64,000 nucleotides of DNA from Podarcis melisellensis (taxonomy: Eukaryota), in NCBI GenBank assembly GCA_964234715.1, contig OZ174279.1, one strand, 5' to 3'. The notes under the pieces were generated by a model. It was not told the DNA's origin. It saw only the letters and a program-made list of their open reading frames with translations, and made no database searches. The translations under genes were made by a program, and so were the position numbers. The number at the start of each line of letters is the position of its first letter. Position 1 is the first letter of the stretch. Shown piece after piece: positions 12,501-54,300 of this stretch.

Positions 12501-12962
12501 ATGTAACCCGAAGTATCACTGTATTGGAAGCCCAGAGTGAGTTCTGTTCCATCTAATTCAATACAGCTAATTCTTGGGACTTTGAATATTCAAATTGTAT
12601 GGGCTAAGATATTTTTAGCCTGCTTTTCAATTTGACAACAAAATTCCCAAAGCAGGTGTTTACAGTGTAAAAAAAAAAGGGGGGCAGCCTGGGACATGTT
12701 CTGTGGGGCTTTGAATGGTGTGGCATCTTTCTTCCTACTTTTCCACTGACCTCCTCCCTGTTCTTTCTACTTTGAGGTCTACTATGCTGTTTACACTTTT
12801 ACGGGACGGAACTCAAATGAACTGAGCGTCACCGCCAATCAGAGACTAAGGATTCTGCAGTTTGAAGACATCACGGGGAACCAGGAGTGGTGGTTGGCAG
12901 AGGCACATGGGAAGCGGGGCTACGTGCCGTCCAGCTACATTCGGAAGACTGAGTACACGTGA
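3527..12962 (+). CDS. DNMBP: Dynamin-binding protein (Tuba), 3' portion: DH/RhoGEF, BAR and two C-terminal SH3 domains; the N-terminal SH3 exons lie upstream of the window
   Basis: Spliced exons: 3527-3720, 4680-4779, 6281-6428, 6868-6885, 7652-7851, 8406-8536, 8624-8728, 8923-9051, 9544-9876, 10708-10890, 11056-11254, 11766-12196, 12777-12962 (TGA 12960-12962). Frame is continuous, giving 784 aa from ATG 3529. Motifs: [22 protein letters not shown] and [19 protein letters not shown] (DH), [13 protein letters not shown] (BAR), and terminal SH3 VYYAVYTF...[24 protein letters not shown]. Synteny with ABCC2 agrees. Confidence 0.96.
4945..5164 (+). mobile_element. Squam3-like tRNA-derived SINE; 3' tail lost in the assembly gap
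   Basis: A box TGGTGTAGTGG and B-box-like GGTTCGCTTCC. Nearly identical to the inverted copy at 28887-29135; both translate to [18 protein letters not shown]. Confidence 0.8.
5165..5300. other. Assembly gap (136 N)
   Basis: Run of N inside a DNMBP intron, starting at a SINE 3' end. The flanking exons join in frame, so no coding exon needs to lie in the gap. Confidence 1.
10284..10474 (-). mobile_element. tRNA-derived SINE (Squam2-like; family name tentative)
   Basis: The - strand reads GGAAGGGCTATAGCTCAGGGGCAGAG...GGTTCAATCC...AACACTGAGCTAGATGGACCAATGGGTCTGACTCAGTATA. Homologous to 55066-55243. Confidence 0.65.
12296..12521. mobile_element. Tc1/mariner (Tigger/pogo-type) MITE
   Basis: Terminal inverted repeats CAGTGGTACCTC...GAAGTATCACTG flanked by TA on both sides, with internal TAACCTGAAG repeats. 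Second copy at 44746-44971. Confidence 0.85.
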
Positions 12963-13911
12963 AGGATGTTTGTCTGGAGTTGCCAGGAACTGCTGCCTTA
13001 ATCGCTGTTGGAGCCAGGCTGAAGAGGGAGGCCTTGTGCTCTCCATCCCCTTCCCCTATGGTTTCAATTGGATACATTTTGGGGGAGCCAGACCAGGTTT
13101 CCTGTGAAGTTGAATGAAGTGCTTCCAGGGGGTTCTGCTGTTTTACCCTAATGAGACTGAACCTCTCTGTGCCTAGTCCTGAGGGGCAGTGCCCCTCGCC
13201 TCAAGCATTGCTGTGTGGAGTTTATTCCCCCTTGAAGTAGGTGTTTAGTCTCCTTTGACTAACAAGTTTCAGACTAGCTGCCGGTTATGCAACTGTGAGG
13301 CATCTGGCAAATGGTAACCCAGGGGGCTGGGTGTGCCCTGTCAGATCAGTCTAAGGATCCATCTTACCTGCTTCCCAGTAACCATCCTCATGCTTCTAGC
13401 AGCCCACTAGCAGAGCCTGCAGGCAATGGCCCCTCATCTGCCCATTTGTCCCCCAGCAATTGGTATGCAAAATCTTCGCTGTCTCTGAACTTAGATGTTC
13501 CATTTAGCTATCATGGCATGGAACAGTTGCAAGACTGAAGATCCACTACAGGCTGGCCTCTTGTTCAGTAGTGGATCCAATACAAAGACAGGTTGCAATT
13601 TTGTTTTCCTGCAGACTGCAATGTTGTATGCAAGGGTGCTGGAGATTAGCTACTGAAAACGAGAGCGCTTCCTTTCTCTCAGTGTTACTTGGCATTGGCT
13701 GTTGCAAAGTGCATAACGGCTCCTTCACGCAGCTTCAGGTGGGGTCTGGTGGCACACCTTGAATGCCGCTCTGTGTGTGTGTGTGTGTACATACTGCTAG
13801 GACCACCTTGCCCCAAGTCAGATTTTTTTTTGGGGGGGGGGGTATTCCTGCTCCAAGATAAAAGAGCAGAGAATAACAGCTGCATTGTGCCTCCTGAGCT
13901 GCTGTTTTGTA

Positions 13912-13917
13912 AATAAA
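13912..13917 (+). terminator. Probable DNMBP polyadenylation signal
   Basis: AATAAA ~950 nt after the DNMBP stop, followed by a T-rich tract. Confidence 0.6.
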
Positions 13918-14307
13918 AACTTTTTCTGACATATCTTGAATGATTCATGCACAGTCCCCCTTTTGCATTACCCCTTCTCCTTATGACAGCAAGCAGCATG
14001 CCTCAACCTGAGCACACAAACACCAAGATTGTCAGGAAATTAAATATTATGATGGTCCAGGGATGAATGGTAACAGTACTGGCAAAAATGGGAGATTGAC
14101 CTATAAGAGTAAGAGCACTTATGCCTAACTTTCCTTTGTGCCAAGGAAAATCCTTCTGGAATATTGGGAAGGGTGGGAACACCCAATAGCAAGAAAAGCA
14201 AACTTGTATTTTCATACTTTGCTTCCCCAGTGCCTGCTGCACCAGGGGAAGTCTAGGGCCAGTAACATGCAAGAAATGTTTGTCCCGCTTCAGTAATTAT
14301 TGTCCAT

Positions 14308-14313
14308 TTTATT
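14308..14313 (-). terminator. Probable ABCC2 polyadenylation signal
   Basis: TTTATT on + (AATAAA on -), ~780 nt past the ABCC2 stop. Confidence 0.55.
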
Positions 14314-15087
14314 GTATTTTAAATACAACATAAGATGCCTCAGGAACTCAGGTCAGTAGACAGGGTATGAAAACTTTTTTTAAAAAAGCCAGTGCACCCC
14401 ACATTTGAAACACCTTGTGACAGCAAATTTAAAAGAAGGGTACAGAGACTGGACTGTTTGGGACAAGATTCCCAAATAGTTATTAGTCAGCACCTTCCAG
14501 CACTTCTCCGTGTACTAAGTGTTGTGAAGTTCTAATTTGTCACCTAAATCCTCTCCACCCCACCTCTAGATGAAGGTGTGAAACCCCATGCAAGGAGGAG
14601 GAAACAAAAGCTGCTGGTATCCCCAAAGAAACATCAATCTGGAAGGTGATGCATTTTGGGGGTAGGGGGGTGATAAACAGAACCAGTTAAGACCAAACAC
14701 CACCAGCATGTTTTTGCCTACTTCATAGCACGGAGAATTGTATGGGAACTTCTGCGCTGTGTCTTGAAACAAAGGAGGAATGGTAGAGCTTCCGTTGATC
14801 TTTTCTATCTTGGAGGGCGATAGTAAAAGTGCACCCCTTCTGCAGAACCATGGTTGGCTTATAGGCAGTGCTTGAGTTCAGGGCCAAGAAAATATCAGGT
14901 AGCTGTCTGTGAAGATACAAGCTGGTTGAGTGCAGCGTGCCCAGAAACTGTATGATGATACAATCTGTGCTTCAGGCGTAATATCACTGCTGCTACAGAC
15001 AGTGTTGGCACCCAGTCAAAGGTGAAAGTCCAGGAAAAGCTACCACAAGTATGCGTGAAGCTGGCCTTGGTCTTGCTGCCCTTGCCT

Positions 15088-45573
<30,486 letters not shown>

Positions 45574-45900
45574 GGCAAGGCACCTCTTCCTCCTGCCTTT
45601 GTCCGACCAATCTATCAGCCCGAGAGGCTGAGCAGGACGAAAGTCTCACAGGTTCAACCGAGGGGCGTTGGGCACAGCTTCTCAACAACAGATCATTAAT
45701 CGTTAACTCCTGGTGTGCAGTCAGCCCCATGGATCAAATTCATGAACCTTGGATGGCATAGGCAGAGGAGCTGCCTGGGTATGGCCAGAGACACTGCAGG
45801 AGAGGTGGCAGCGTGGATTCTGGTGGGCAGCAACATGTGCTGTCTTGGATGAGATCCCTCAAGCTGACTCACCACTAGTCTAAGACCCCCTTCCCCAGTG
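45574..45900 (-). promoter_or_regulatory. ABCC2 5'UTR and proximal promoter with HNF1-like site (45695-45707) and ARE/AP-1-like site (45863-45872)
   Basis: On the - strand, GTTAACGATTAAT resembles the HNF1 consensus GTTAATNATTAAC, and GTGAGTCAGC matches TGASTCAGC. Both lie directly upstream of ABCC2 ATG 45573. Confidence 0.55.
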
Positions 45901-47151
45901 GTGATAAAGTTGAATAATGCCTGGGAAGGAAGCGTGGGAAGACAACCATGACCCCTTTTCCACACTAGGGAATTTCCTATGCTACTCTCCACCTTCGCAG
46001 ATTTCCAGGACTGTCTCGGTCTGATTCTGCCCCATTGTTCTTCTGCATCATGATTTCTGTGGGCAAGGGGCTTCTGAAAGTATGCAGCAGAGTCTTCCCC
46101 ATTCCAGCAGCTAGGTATCCTCATTGTGTAATCCTACACAGCCAGTCAAACGTCACGGAGTGTTCTAGTGTCCCATCAGATTGGTACCGCACTGGGGGAT
46201 CCATAGATCTCAACTGGGAAGTACTGAATCACAAAAAGTGGTCTGAGAGTGAGCAAACCAGGTTGGAGGGGGGTGGGGGGCCGGGAACTATGAAAATACT
46301 ACTCGGGATAAAAGACAAAAACCACCAGCAGTAATACTGACCTCATTTTGTGTCTCCCACCCCCCTTGCCCAAAGTGCTCCTGAAACAAACTGAAAAAAG
46401 CCAAGAGAGATTCTGCTGTCTCATTCTTTATACAATCAATAAACCCAGAACCGACTGTGATTCATAGTCCTGACTAAAGGGTCCAATGTCCACGGAACAA
46501 GCAATTTAAATCCCTCGTGGTTAATTATTAGATAGTTAATCAAATCTCATCATATTATAAACAGTGTCCCTATCTGTATGGCAGCAGTCTGTTAAAATTC
46601 AGGAGCACACAACCTTAGGAAATGGGAAGTGAAGACCACCTTTCCATAATGGACAACTTTCTAACTCCCAATTCTGCCTTAAGCTGAGACACAGGGAAGG
46701 GCCAATGTGTGGTTCTACCACAGGGTGAAATAATTCCTTTCCTACAAATTGGTGTTAATGGCAGGCTGTTGCAACGGTGTTCCCCTTTCTCAGGGTACTT
46801 TTATTTGTAAAGGTGGAGGGGGGCAGAGTTGAATTTCATAGATCAGACACACAGGTTCTCCTTCTCTAGTCCTGCTGTTGTAAAGTAAGCCAAAGAGCAT
46901 GGTTTGTCTTGCTTCAGACATGGGCCCAGGCTTAGCTTGAAGCGGCAGGCCCAGAGGAGCAATCACAACCTCTCTTCTTCTGTATGCCAGAGAATTTGTG
47001 CCAAGTCATGATTTGGCTTAGCTTTACTTGTGAGTCATTGTGTGAGATCCACAATGGCATTTAGCAGCAGAAACCACATGACTATCTCTTAAACAATCTA
47101 TGAATCTCTAAACTCCCCTTACCAGAGCCAGATAAAACCTCAAACGTTTTC

Positions 47152-47167
47152 TGAACTTCTCTGAACT
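47152..47167 (-). promoter_or_regulatory. Perfect DR4 nuclear-receptor element (AGTTCA-gaga-AGTTCA) ~1.6 kb upstream of ABCC2
   Basis: The + strand reads TGAACT tctc TGAACT, matching the AG(G/T)TCA DR4 bound by CAR/PXR(CXR)-RXR. Function is inferred only. Confidence 0.45.
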
Positions 47168-47299
47168 TCTGCTCCTCCTCAAGATACTGATTATTCTGGA
47201 AGGTTAACTTACCTGAGGAGCTGCCCTGCTTGTCATGAAGCTATGCAAATGGAGGCAAATGCCATAAGGGCAAGAAAATGAAGCCCTTAGGGCAACCTT

Positions 47300-47700
47300 T
47301 CAGCCTGGCCACTGTAGTCCATGTGTTGATAAACGTGAGGTTGGATTACTGCAATGTGCTCTGTGTGGGGCTTCCCTTGGCCTCGTTCCGCCTGAACCCT
47401 TATATCCCAGCTCAGTCACTAAGATCATTTGCAGGAGCGTCGTTGGTCATTCCCCAAATTGGTGGAGATCTGACAATAAGCATCCAAGCCTTTAGCATCA
47501 TCAGTCCAGCACTGTGGAATGTTCTGCCAATAAGGATTAACAGGTTCATGCAGGAAATCAAGAATACATCTTTCTGTAAAAGCTACCTCATTTCTGATTT
47601 TAACTTTTCAATATGGTTTTTGTTGTGTGGTTTTATGTATAATTGTTGCAAACTACTCTGGCATTTTTATGAATAGTGGTATATAATTTTTTTATATAAA
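47300..47700 (+). mobile_element. Decayed L2-like LINE ORF2 3' remnant
   Basis: The translation ATVVHVLINVRLDYCNVLCVGLP...SLRS...AFS...PALWNVLP resembles the L2 ORF2 C-terminus. Similar - strand remnants lie near 5870-6160, 19555-19930, 36000-36330 and 45095-45195. Confidence 0.6.
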
Positions 47701-48063
47701 TTACATAGAAACTTCACCCTCTCTAATGACTTCTGTAGGACAGAATCCAGAACCAGACAACAATGAAATTTTGCTGTCAGGTGTATGGAATTGCAATGGT
47801 TGGTCACATTGTGATTGCTCTCTAACCCTCTCAGAGAGATTCCTCCTCCTGCAATTGCAATATTGCTTTACCACTTTCCTCTATGTACTTCAAAGTAGTC
47901 GTCTTCCACTCCAATCAAACTGAGGTGGGATGAAGGAAGCCTGCAACACCCAAAATGTGCTCTCCCCCCCCCCCCCCCGGCCCATTTCCTTTGGGAGCAG
48001 TTCAAAGTCTTGCCATGGCCTCTACAGGAAGAAAAGCCACAGTGCTACGGAGTGGCTTCAGGG

Positions 48064-48069
48064 TTTATT
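48064..48069 (-). terminator. Probable CUTC polyadenylation signal
   Basis: TTTATT on + (AATAAA on -), ~280 nt past the CUTC stop. Confidence 0.55.
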
Positions 48070-48347
48070 TGAGAAGAGACCTTAACAGGGAGAGTGTTGC
48101 CCGATGGCGAGTACCCCTTTAATTAAGCCCCTCCCCGTCATTTGCTCCCCACAGACAAAACGGCATTACGACATCTGAGGAAAAAACGCTGTGGAGCAAG
48201 TGGGAATAGGAGAAAAACAAGCAGAGGCTTCTTCATTTGATTGACCCATGTCCTTTAAGCGCTGGCAAGGATGCTGTTGAAATGTCTAAGTCTATGGATT
48301 GCGCAGGTCACAGGGCTCTGGGTCTTCCTGGCCCACAGTAGCTTGTT

Positions 48348-51300
48348 CTACAGGATATTCTTTGCAATTGCATTCAGGGTCCTCACTTTAGCCACATCGG
48401 CCACCTTGATGGAATATTCAGGTGTGGAGAGGTAGGCCCCCATGGTAGTGTAAGGGTTTCTAAAAGAATACCAACAAGTCTTTGATTACTGTCTGGAACC
48501 TGGACCTAGAAGAGCCGGAAAAAGAACCATCCTAAGTCCTACCCACTGGGCCATAATCTGCTGTCATGTTGCCTTTTGGGTGCTACCTTAACCCATTGCA
48601 TATGCAACTTATGAACTACAGAAACAAGTCCATCCCTAATGCAACAAAACCTTGCTCCCAGCTAAATGCACCTGTCAGGTTCCAGTGCCCCAGATGTTCT
48701 TAGTCAAGTTACTACCCCAAATGGTGGAGCTGCATCGGAAGATGGAAGCAAGGCTTGGGCCCCTCAATAAGTCAGGAATAGAAACTTGCTCAGTTACCTG
48801 AACTTCATTCCTGAGTCTCTGACTGAGCGCGCTGAGCAGTGAAACTCAGAGGCGCCAGAGCCTTCTAAGATTCTCTGCAGGTTTCTCTCGGTTATGCCTC
48901 CCCCTGGTGGAGAGAACCCATCACTCAGTCACAAACATGAAGTTAAGCAGGAATAGACAGAGCTACATTCTGGGTCATCAAATTGATGGGGGAAATCCCT
49001 TTGCTCTGAACCAGGGGCTAATCTTTAGGGTCAATGCAGGCTGCACTCGCAGCTCTGAAGCAGGTAGAACTCCTAAATATGCCTCTGGAAGGGAGCAGAT
49101 ACCCATCAGGTATTATCTTACAGTTTAGCTGCTGATTAGCACAAATGGCCCACTGCTTTTGTTTTGCCTGGCAGTTAGTGATCACTCAGGAACACGATAA
49201 GGGAACATTAGTTAATGTTCCTTGATGCCTGGAAATCTTTGCCTTCATAATGCCATACCTATAAGACTTTAAGGAAGGGACAGATAGCTAGAAGCAAATT
49301 GAATTTGGATTGACAGAGGCAAAGAGTCTACAGCTGCAAGCAGGTAGGAGTTGTGCGTGGGTGTCCACACTATTCCTTTAACCTAATGCAGTTTCAGCAG
49401 TTGTGACGTCCATCTATTTCTACTACACTCTGTCTGTTTTTATATCTGCAAATAAATAAATATTATAAAGATTAAATCTTTCATGCACTCTCATCCAAAG
49501 AGAATTGCACCCTAAAGCTCTGTTCCTGGACTTCTTGCCACTTGGGCAAGTGGGGCTGCCTAACAACATGCTTGGTTGGTGCTAGAGTTCTGATCTACGC
49601 CAACAAGTGGTACTCACTGCAGAGTCTTACCTGGCACTACAACAATCCTGCCCTTAGCCTGAAAAGGAAGAGAAAAGGGGTTTAGTGGTCTTGCTTATTG
49701 CACAAAACACACCAAATGGGTAGCACAAATATTCTGTTAAGGAAGATGTAGAATGTATTTATTTGCAATATTTAATTTCATTTTTTTAATGCTGCTTTTC
49801 AAAGGGTTTGCTCCAAGTAATACTGTCACATTGAGTTTCTTACATGCTCCTCTAGGAATGTATGCTCCCACACTTGTCTATCATTGTGTATATTTCACCT
49901 CTGCAAAGTCAAACAACTGAGGATCTACCAAGTTTCACCCCCATCCTGGGATGGTTGAACTTCAGAAACTATATGCTGTCATATCAGTATCAGCAGGACT
50001 GCTTCAACTTCACCCCAGTGTTAGAGACTGGAAGCAACTTTAAAATAACCGAGTGACTCCTTCGTAGACTTTTTTGTCTGTTGTGCATTCTGCTGGACAG
50101 GTCTGAGATATGGGTGTGCCATGCGCATATTGTATACTTAAAAGAGAAGATGGGAGCTAATTTATTGCGGTAGCCTAAGGGAATTCACGCAATACTGAAA
50201 GAAGCTATTGTATCAGAAGGTGCAAGGCACAGTTTCTGTATATTCAATGGGGAGGCCAGTTTTTATCCTTAATCGTTGAAAAACCCTCACCCATCTGAAG
50301 ACCATGAAAGACTGCTAGCTGGCATTTCTCTGTCCCCACCACACTCTGTCCAGTTCCTTGGATAGCCCACTCTTAAGTAGGCAAGAAAAGTGTATCAGAC
50401 TTACAAATTTGGTAGAGATGACACCTCACCTGTTCTGTCAGTCGTTTTATCAAGGGCAGCCCCTCTAGAACAGAGCTGTCACAGCCACTAGTCAGGACCC
50501 GTTCAAAGCCCATCGATATTAGCGTTTCCAAGGCTGCCAAAGGGTCATAGACCATGTCAAAAGCTGCTGAGAAAAATGGAGCATGTCAGTCTTTACTGCC
50601 AAATCTTCTGGAAAGCAAATCTACTGACATATTCCAGGCTTTAGCCTAGTCCCAAATCCCTGGTAGACAGACCTAATATGTGCAATTCCCAGAGAACATT
50701 CTCATAGTCCCCCCCACCAAGGTAAGGCCATTGTGCCTGAGCCTACGTCCTGCAAGTAGGCAGTCCGGCTTTCATTCCCCACTCCAAGCTCTGTAAGAAG
50801 AGTCTGCTGGACCTGTCCAATGGCCTATCCAGTCCAGCATCATGTTCTCACAGTGGCCAACCAGATGTCTGTGGGAAACCAGCAAGCAGAAACTCACCTC
50901 TGTGGAAGGTGACTGGCAGAGGGCGGGAAGCAGCTGCAAAAAGAACAGATCCCAGATGGTTAGTATACCTTTGCTTAGGGGTTGTCTTTGTGAAGGCAAT
51001 GCTTCTGCTACTGGCCCTGGAAAGAAAGGAAACTTCTCCAGATGGTTCAACCAAGGTAGCTGTAGTCATCTGACACCATTTCTGCAATATGGATTCATCA
51101 TCTTTTCTCATTTCCACTGAGACTGCCCACTAGCTAGCTCTTTGTATGGCATTTATTTTCTCATTTTGTGTATCAAACCCCTCACACATTTTGGGCTTAT
51201 GCACTTATTTTAGAAAGTAATCCAGGTGTAGACTAAAGATGTATCCACTTGTCTCCCTAGGAAGCGTGTGGAATAATCAACCATGGAGTGAATGGATATT

Positions 51301-54300
51301 GGCTTCTGGTTAAAATAGTTTAGCTGCTGTATTTCAGCTAGCCTCACAGAACATTCCCCACCTTTCCTCCTCCTTGTGCTGTTCTGTGGGGGGAGGACAT
51401 GTAGGAAGAGGACAGGCTTCACCTAGCAAGACTAATTTTTCTTCAGAAGATATACTGTCCGTTTCAGTTAAATAGAGAAAATAGCTAGTAATTGTTTTCT
51501 TTGTATTTTTGAGGGTCCAGAAAAACCATAGTTATCATTCTTTCAATAAAGTTTCCTATTCTTCTGGATAATTCTTCCTTCTGTGCAGAATTTATGGCTA
51601 CCTATCACTCTCTCCATCAGAGCTGCACAGTGCCCCTTCTTACAAACAAAGGTCACTCATCCCAACCATTACAGCATTTGGCTCCTGCTTTATCTCAATA
51701 ATTCATTCATTCACGGAATGACCTATGGAATGTCCTCCCTCTAGAGCAGCCTTTGTCAAATTAGCTGGGGCTAATGGGAGTTATAGCCCCAAACATCTGG
51801 AGGATACCAGCTTGGTGTAGACTGCTCTAGGAGCACGACTGGTGCTAAAGCGCTGTTGTCATTTTGGCATCATGGTATGTTTTTATAAATTGTGCTGCAT
51901 TGTTTTTATTCTACTGTAACCCACCCTGGGATCACATGATGAAGGGTGGATTGATTTCTCTTATACTGTAAATGAATGAATGAATGAATAGCTCAATATA
52001 GTGAGGCAGGCTCTAGTATCTCGTGGATCTTGCCTCTTGCCTGTAGGAAATATTTCTTAATTTGAACCAAGGAATTATTAGCTGGTGGCGCTGTACGACA
52101 ATCACTACTCAAGCACCAAATAAGCCCTATGAAAAGTAAAGCCTGCTCACCCAGCAGCGCTGTGCAGAGCTCTGTATCCACACGTCCATCCTCAGTCAAG
52201 GCTCCAAACACCAACCCATCAGCCCCATGTTGCTTGGCAAGTCGGATGTCTGCCTTCATCACCTCCACTTCTCGGTCAGAATAGAGGAAATCCCCCCCAC
52301 GGGGGCGGATCATCACAAATACAGGCACCCTTGTACACTGCTTCACCACTTGCAAAAGGCCTGCAGACAAACAGGTTTAGGACATGGTGTCAGTTATGTA
52401 ATGGACTGTTCTATGAGATGGACAAGAAGTGAAACCTAGAACATGGTACGGAGGAACGTAGGAGCATAGCAAGATGCCTTATACAAAGGGAGAACACTGA
52501 GCCATCTAGCTCAGTTCTGCCTATGTCTGGAGTAGCCAAGAAGATGCCTTCCAGATGTTGGTGAACTACAACGCCAATCAACTGACCACTGACCGTTTAG
52601 GCTGAGGCGAGTTGGAGTCCAACAACACCTGGAGAGCCACACGTTCCCCATCCCAGAGCTAGACCATCAGCACTGGGTCTAAGAGAAGCAAGGGAGAAGA
52701 GAACAGGGCAGATGTCAAACCCTTTTTGCAGAATTTAGGAGAAGGGGCTGCTGAAGAAATAGGGTGATTAAATAACAGCCTATCTTGCAAAAAGACCAGG
52801 AGGTGCTGATGACACAGAAGAACACAAAAAGAGAAGCAGAACAACAGGTATTTTCTTTCTGTTCCAGGAGCAGAGGGCCTAGAGGGCAGAGGTCCAAACA
52901 TTTCTCCACATTGCTTGGCTGCTCAGTAGTGCTACATCTTGCAGGGAAATGGTGGATTGGATCTTGGCTTGTATGTGCCAACTCACCTATAGTAGGTGTT
53001 GTTCCTCCTTCCATGAGGTTGGCACACAGTTCAAGGCGGCCAGCACCTGCAACAGGGTCACACATTAAACCTCTGAATATAAGTGGTTTGCAAGATTTTA
53101 ACAGAGATCTACATAATGAAGAAACCATGTGGTCCTTGCTATAATCCAACAAGGGATGTTCGCCCAGCTCCATCATTATATGTCTTTAGCTGCCAGGCAA
53201 AAACCTTCCTCTATAAGCAGGCCTTTGGCCTTTAACTATCTGCAGCCATTTAGAAGTGTTTTTTTAAGTATTCCCTCCCTCCCCCCTTGGCTTTAATGTA
53301 TCTATGTTGGGTGTGTTAAGGTATGGGGATGCTGTTTGTTTGTAAGTTGTTGTTGTTTAGTCGTTTAGTCGTGTCCGACTCTTCGTGACCCCATGGACCA
53401 GAGAACGCCAGGCACCTCTGTCCTCCACTGCCTCCCGCAGTTTGGTCAAACTCATGCTGGTAACCTCGAAAACACTGTTTGTAAGTAGCAACTAACAAAT
53501 TTAAGTAATAAATAAAATAAACCAATAGGTAGGAGTGCTGGAAATTTTCGAGCCAAGAGTGAGATTGGTCACCACATACACTTCAACCCCTACTCAGGCA
53601 GTAACTAAGAAAGAAAATCAATTAATAGGTGATTTGAGTATCTCAGCCTATGTTTTATAATGCACTGCAGCAAAACAGAGCAGGACAACTTAAGTAGTTA
53701 AGGCAGCTGAAGACAAGGCAAGTTGACATTTATTCATTTAAATTTGCAGTTTGCCCTACTCTCAAAGGCTAGAGTAATTGGGTTGCAGGCAATTAAAATA
53801 TATAAATGCATATCCTGAATCTATGTGTCACTAACCTAGTTCAGAACTTTGGAAGTCTTTACTTACTGAACAGTTTATAACATTTAATATCCTACTTTTC
53901 AAGCCTAAAAGGTTTCATAAAACAGTTTCACACTGCTTGGGGAAGTAAGTGTGCCTCTCTTTTCAATACATATAGCACGTGTACCCAGAGGTGTCCTGGC
54001 CTAGAAAGACCCCTCAATGATCCTTAAGTATTTTCATATTCCATCTTTTTTATGGGATTACCTCCTCTCTCTGCATTCACAGCAGACTCCACAGAATCAA
54101 CACATACTTCCATGAGAAAGCCATTGGCCATTCCTAGAAGAGAAACACAACCAGAGGTTATGGGGCAATCAGGCTCTGTCTCAGAGAAAAGGGGCAGACA
54201 GTGATTGAGAGAGGCGATTCCTTCCACCTCAAGCTCCAGCGCTTGTTTTGTCTTTTAACTGGCTTCTTTCATCTTGCTCACCCAAGCACATCCAGCTCTC

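Noticed and set aside
45696-46124. 142-aa ORF upstream of ABCC2 on the same strand
   Set aside because: It overlaps the predicted promoter, has no recognisable motifs, and does not connect to exon 1 (ATG 45573).
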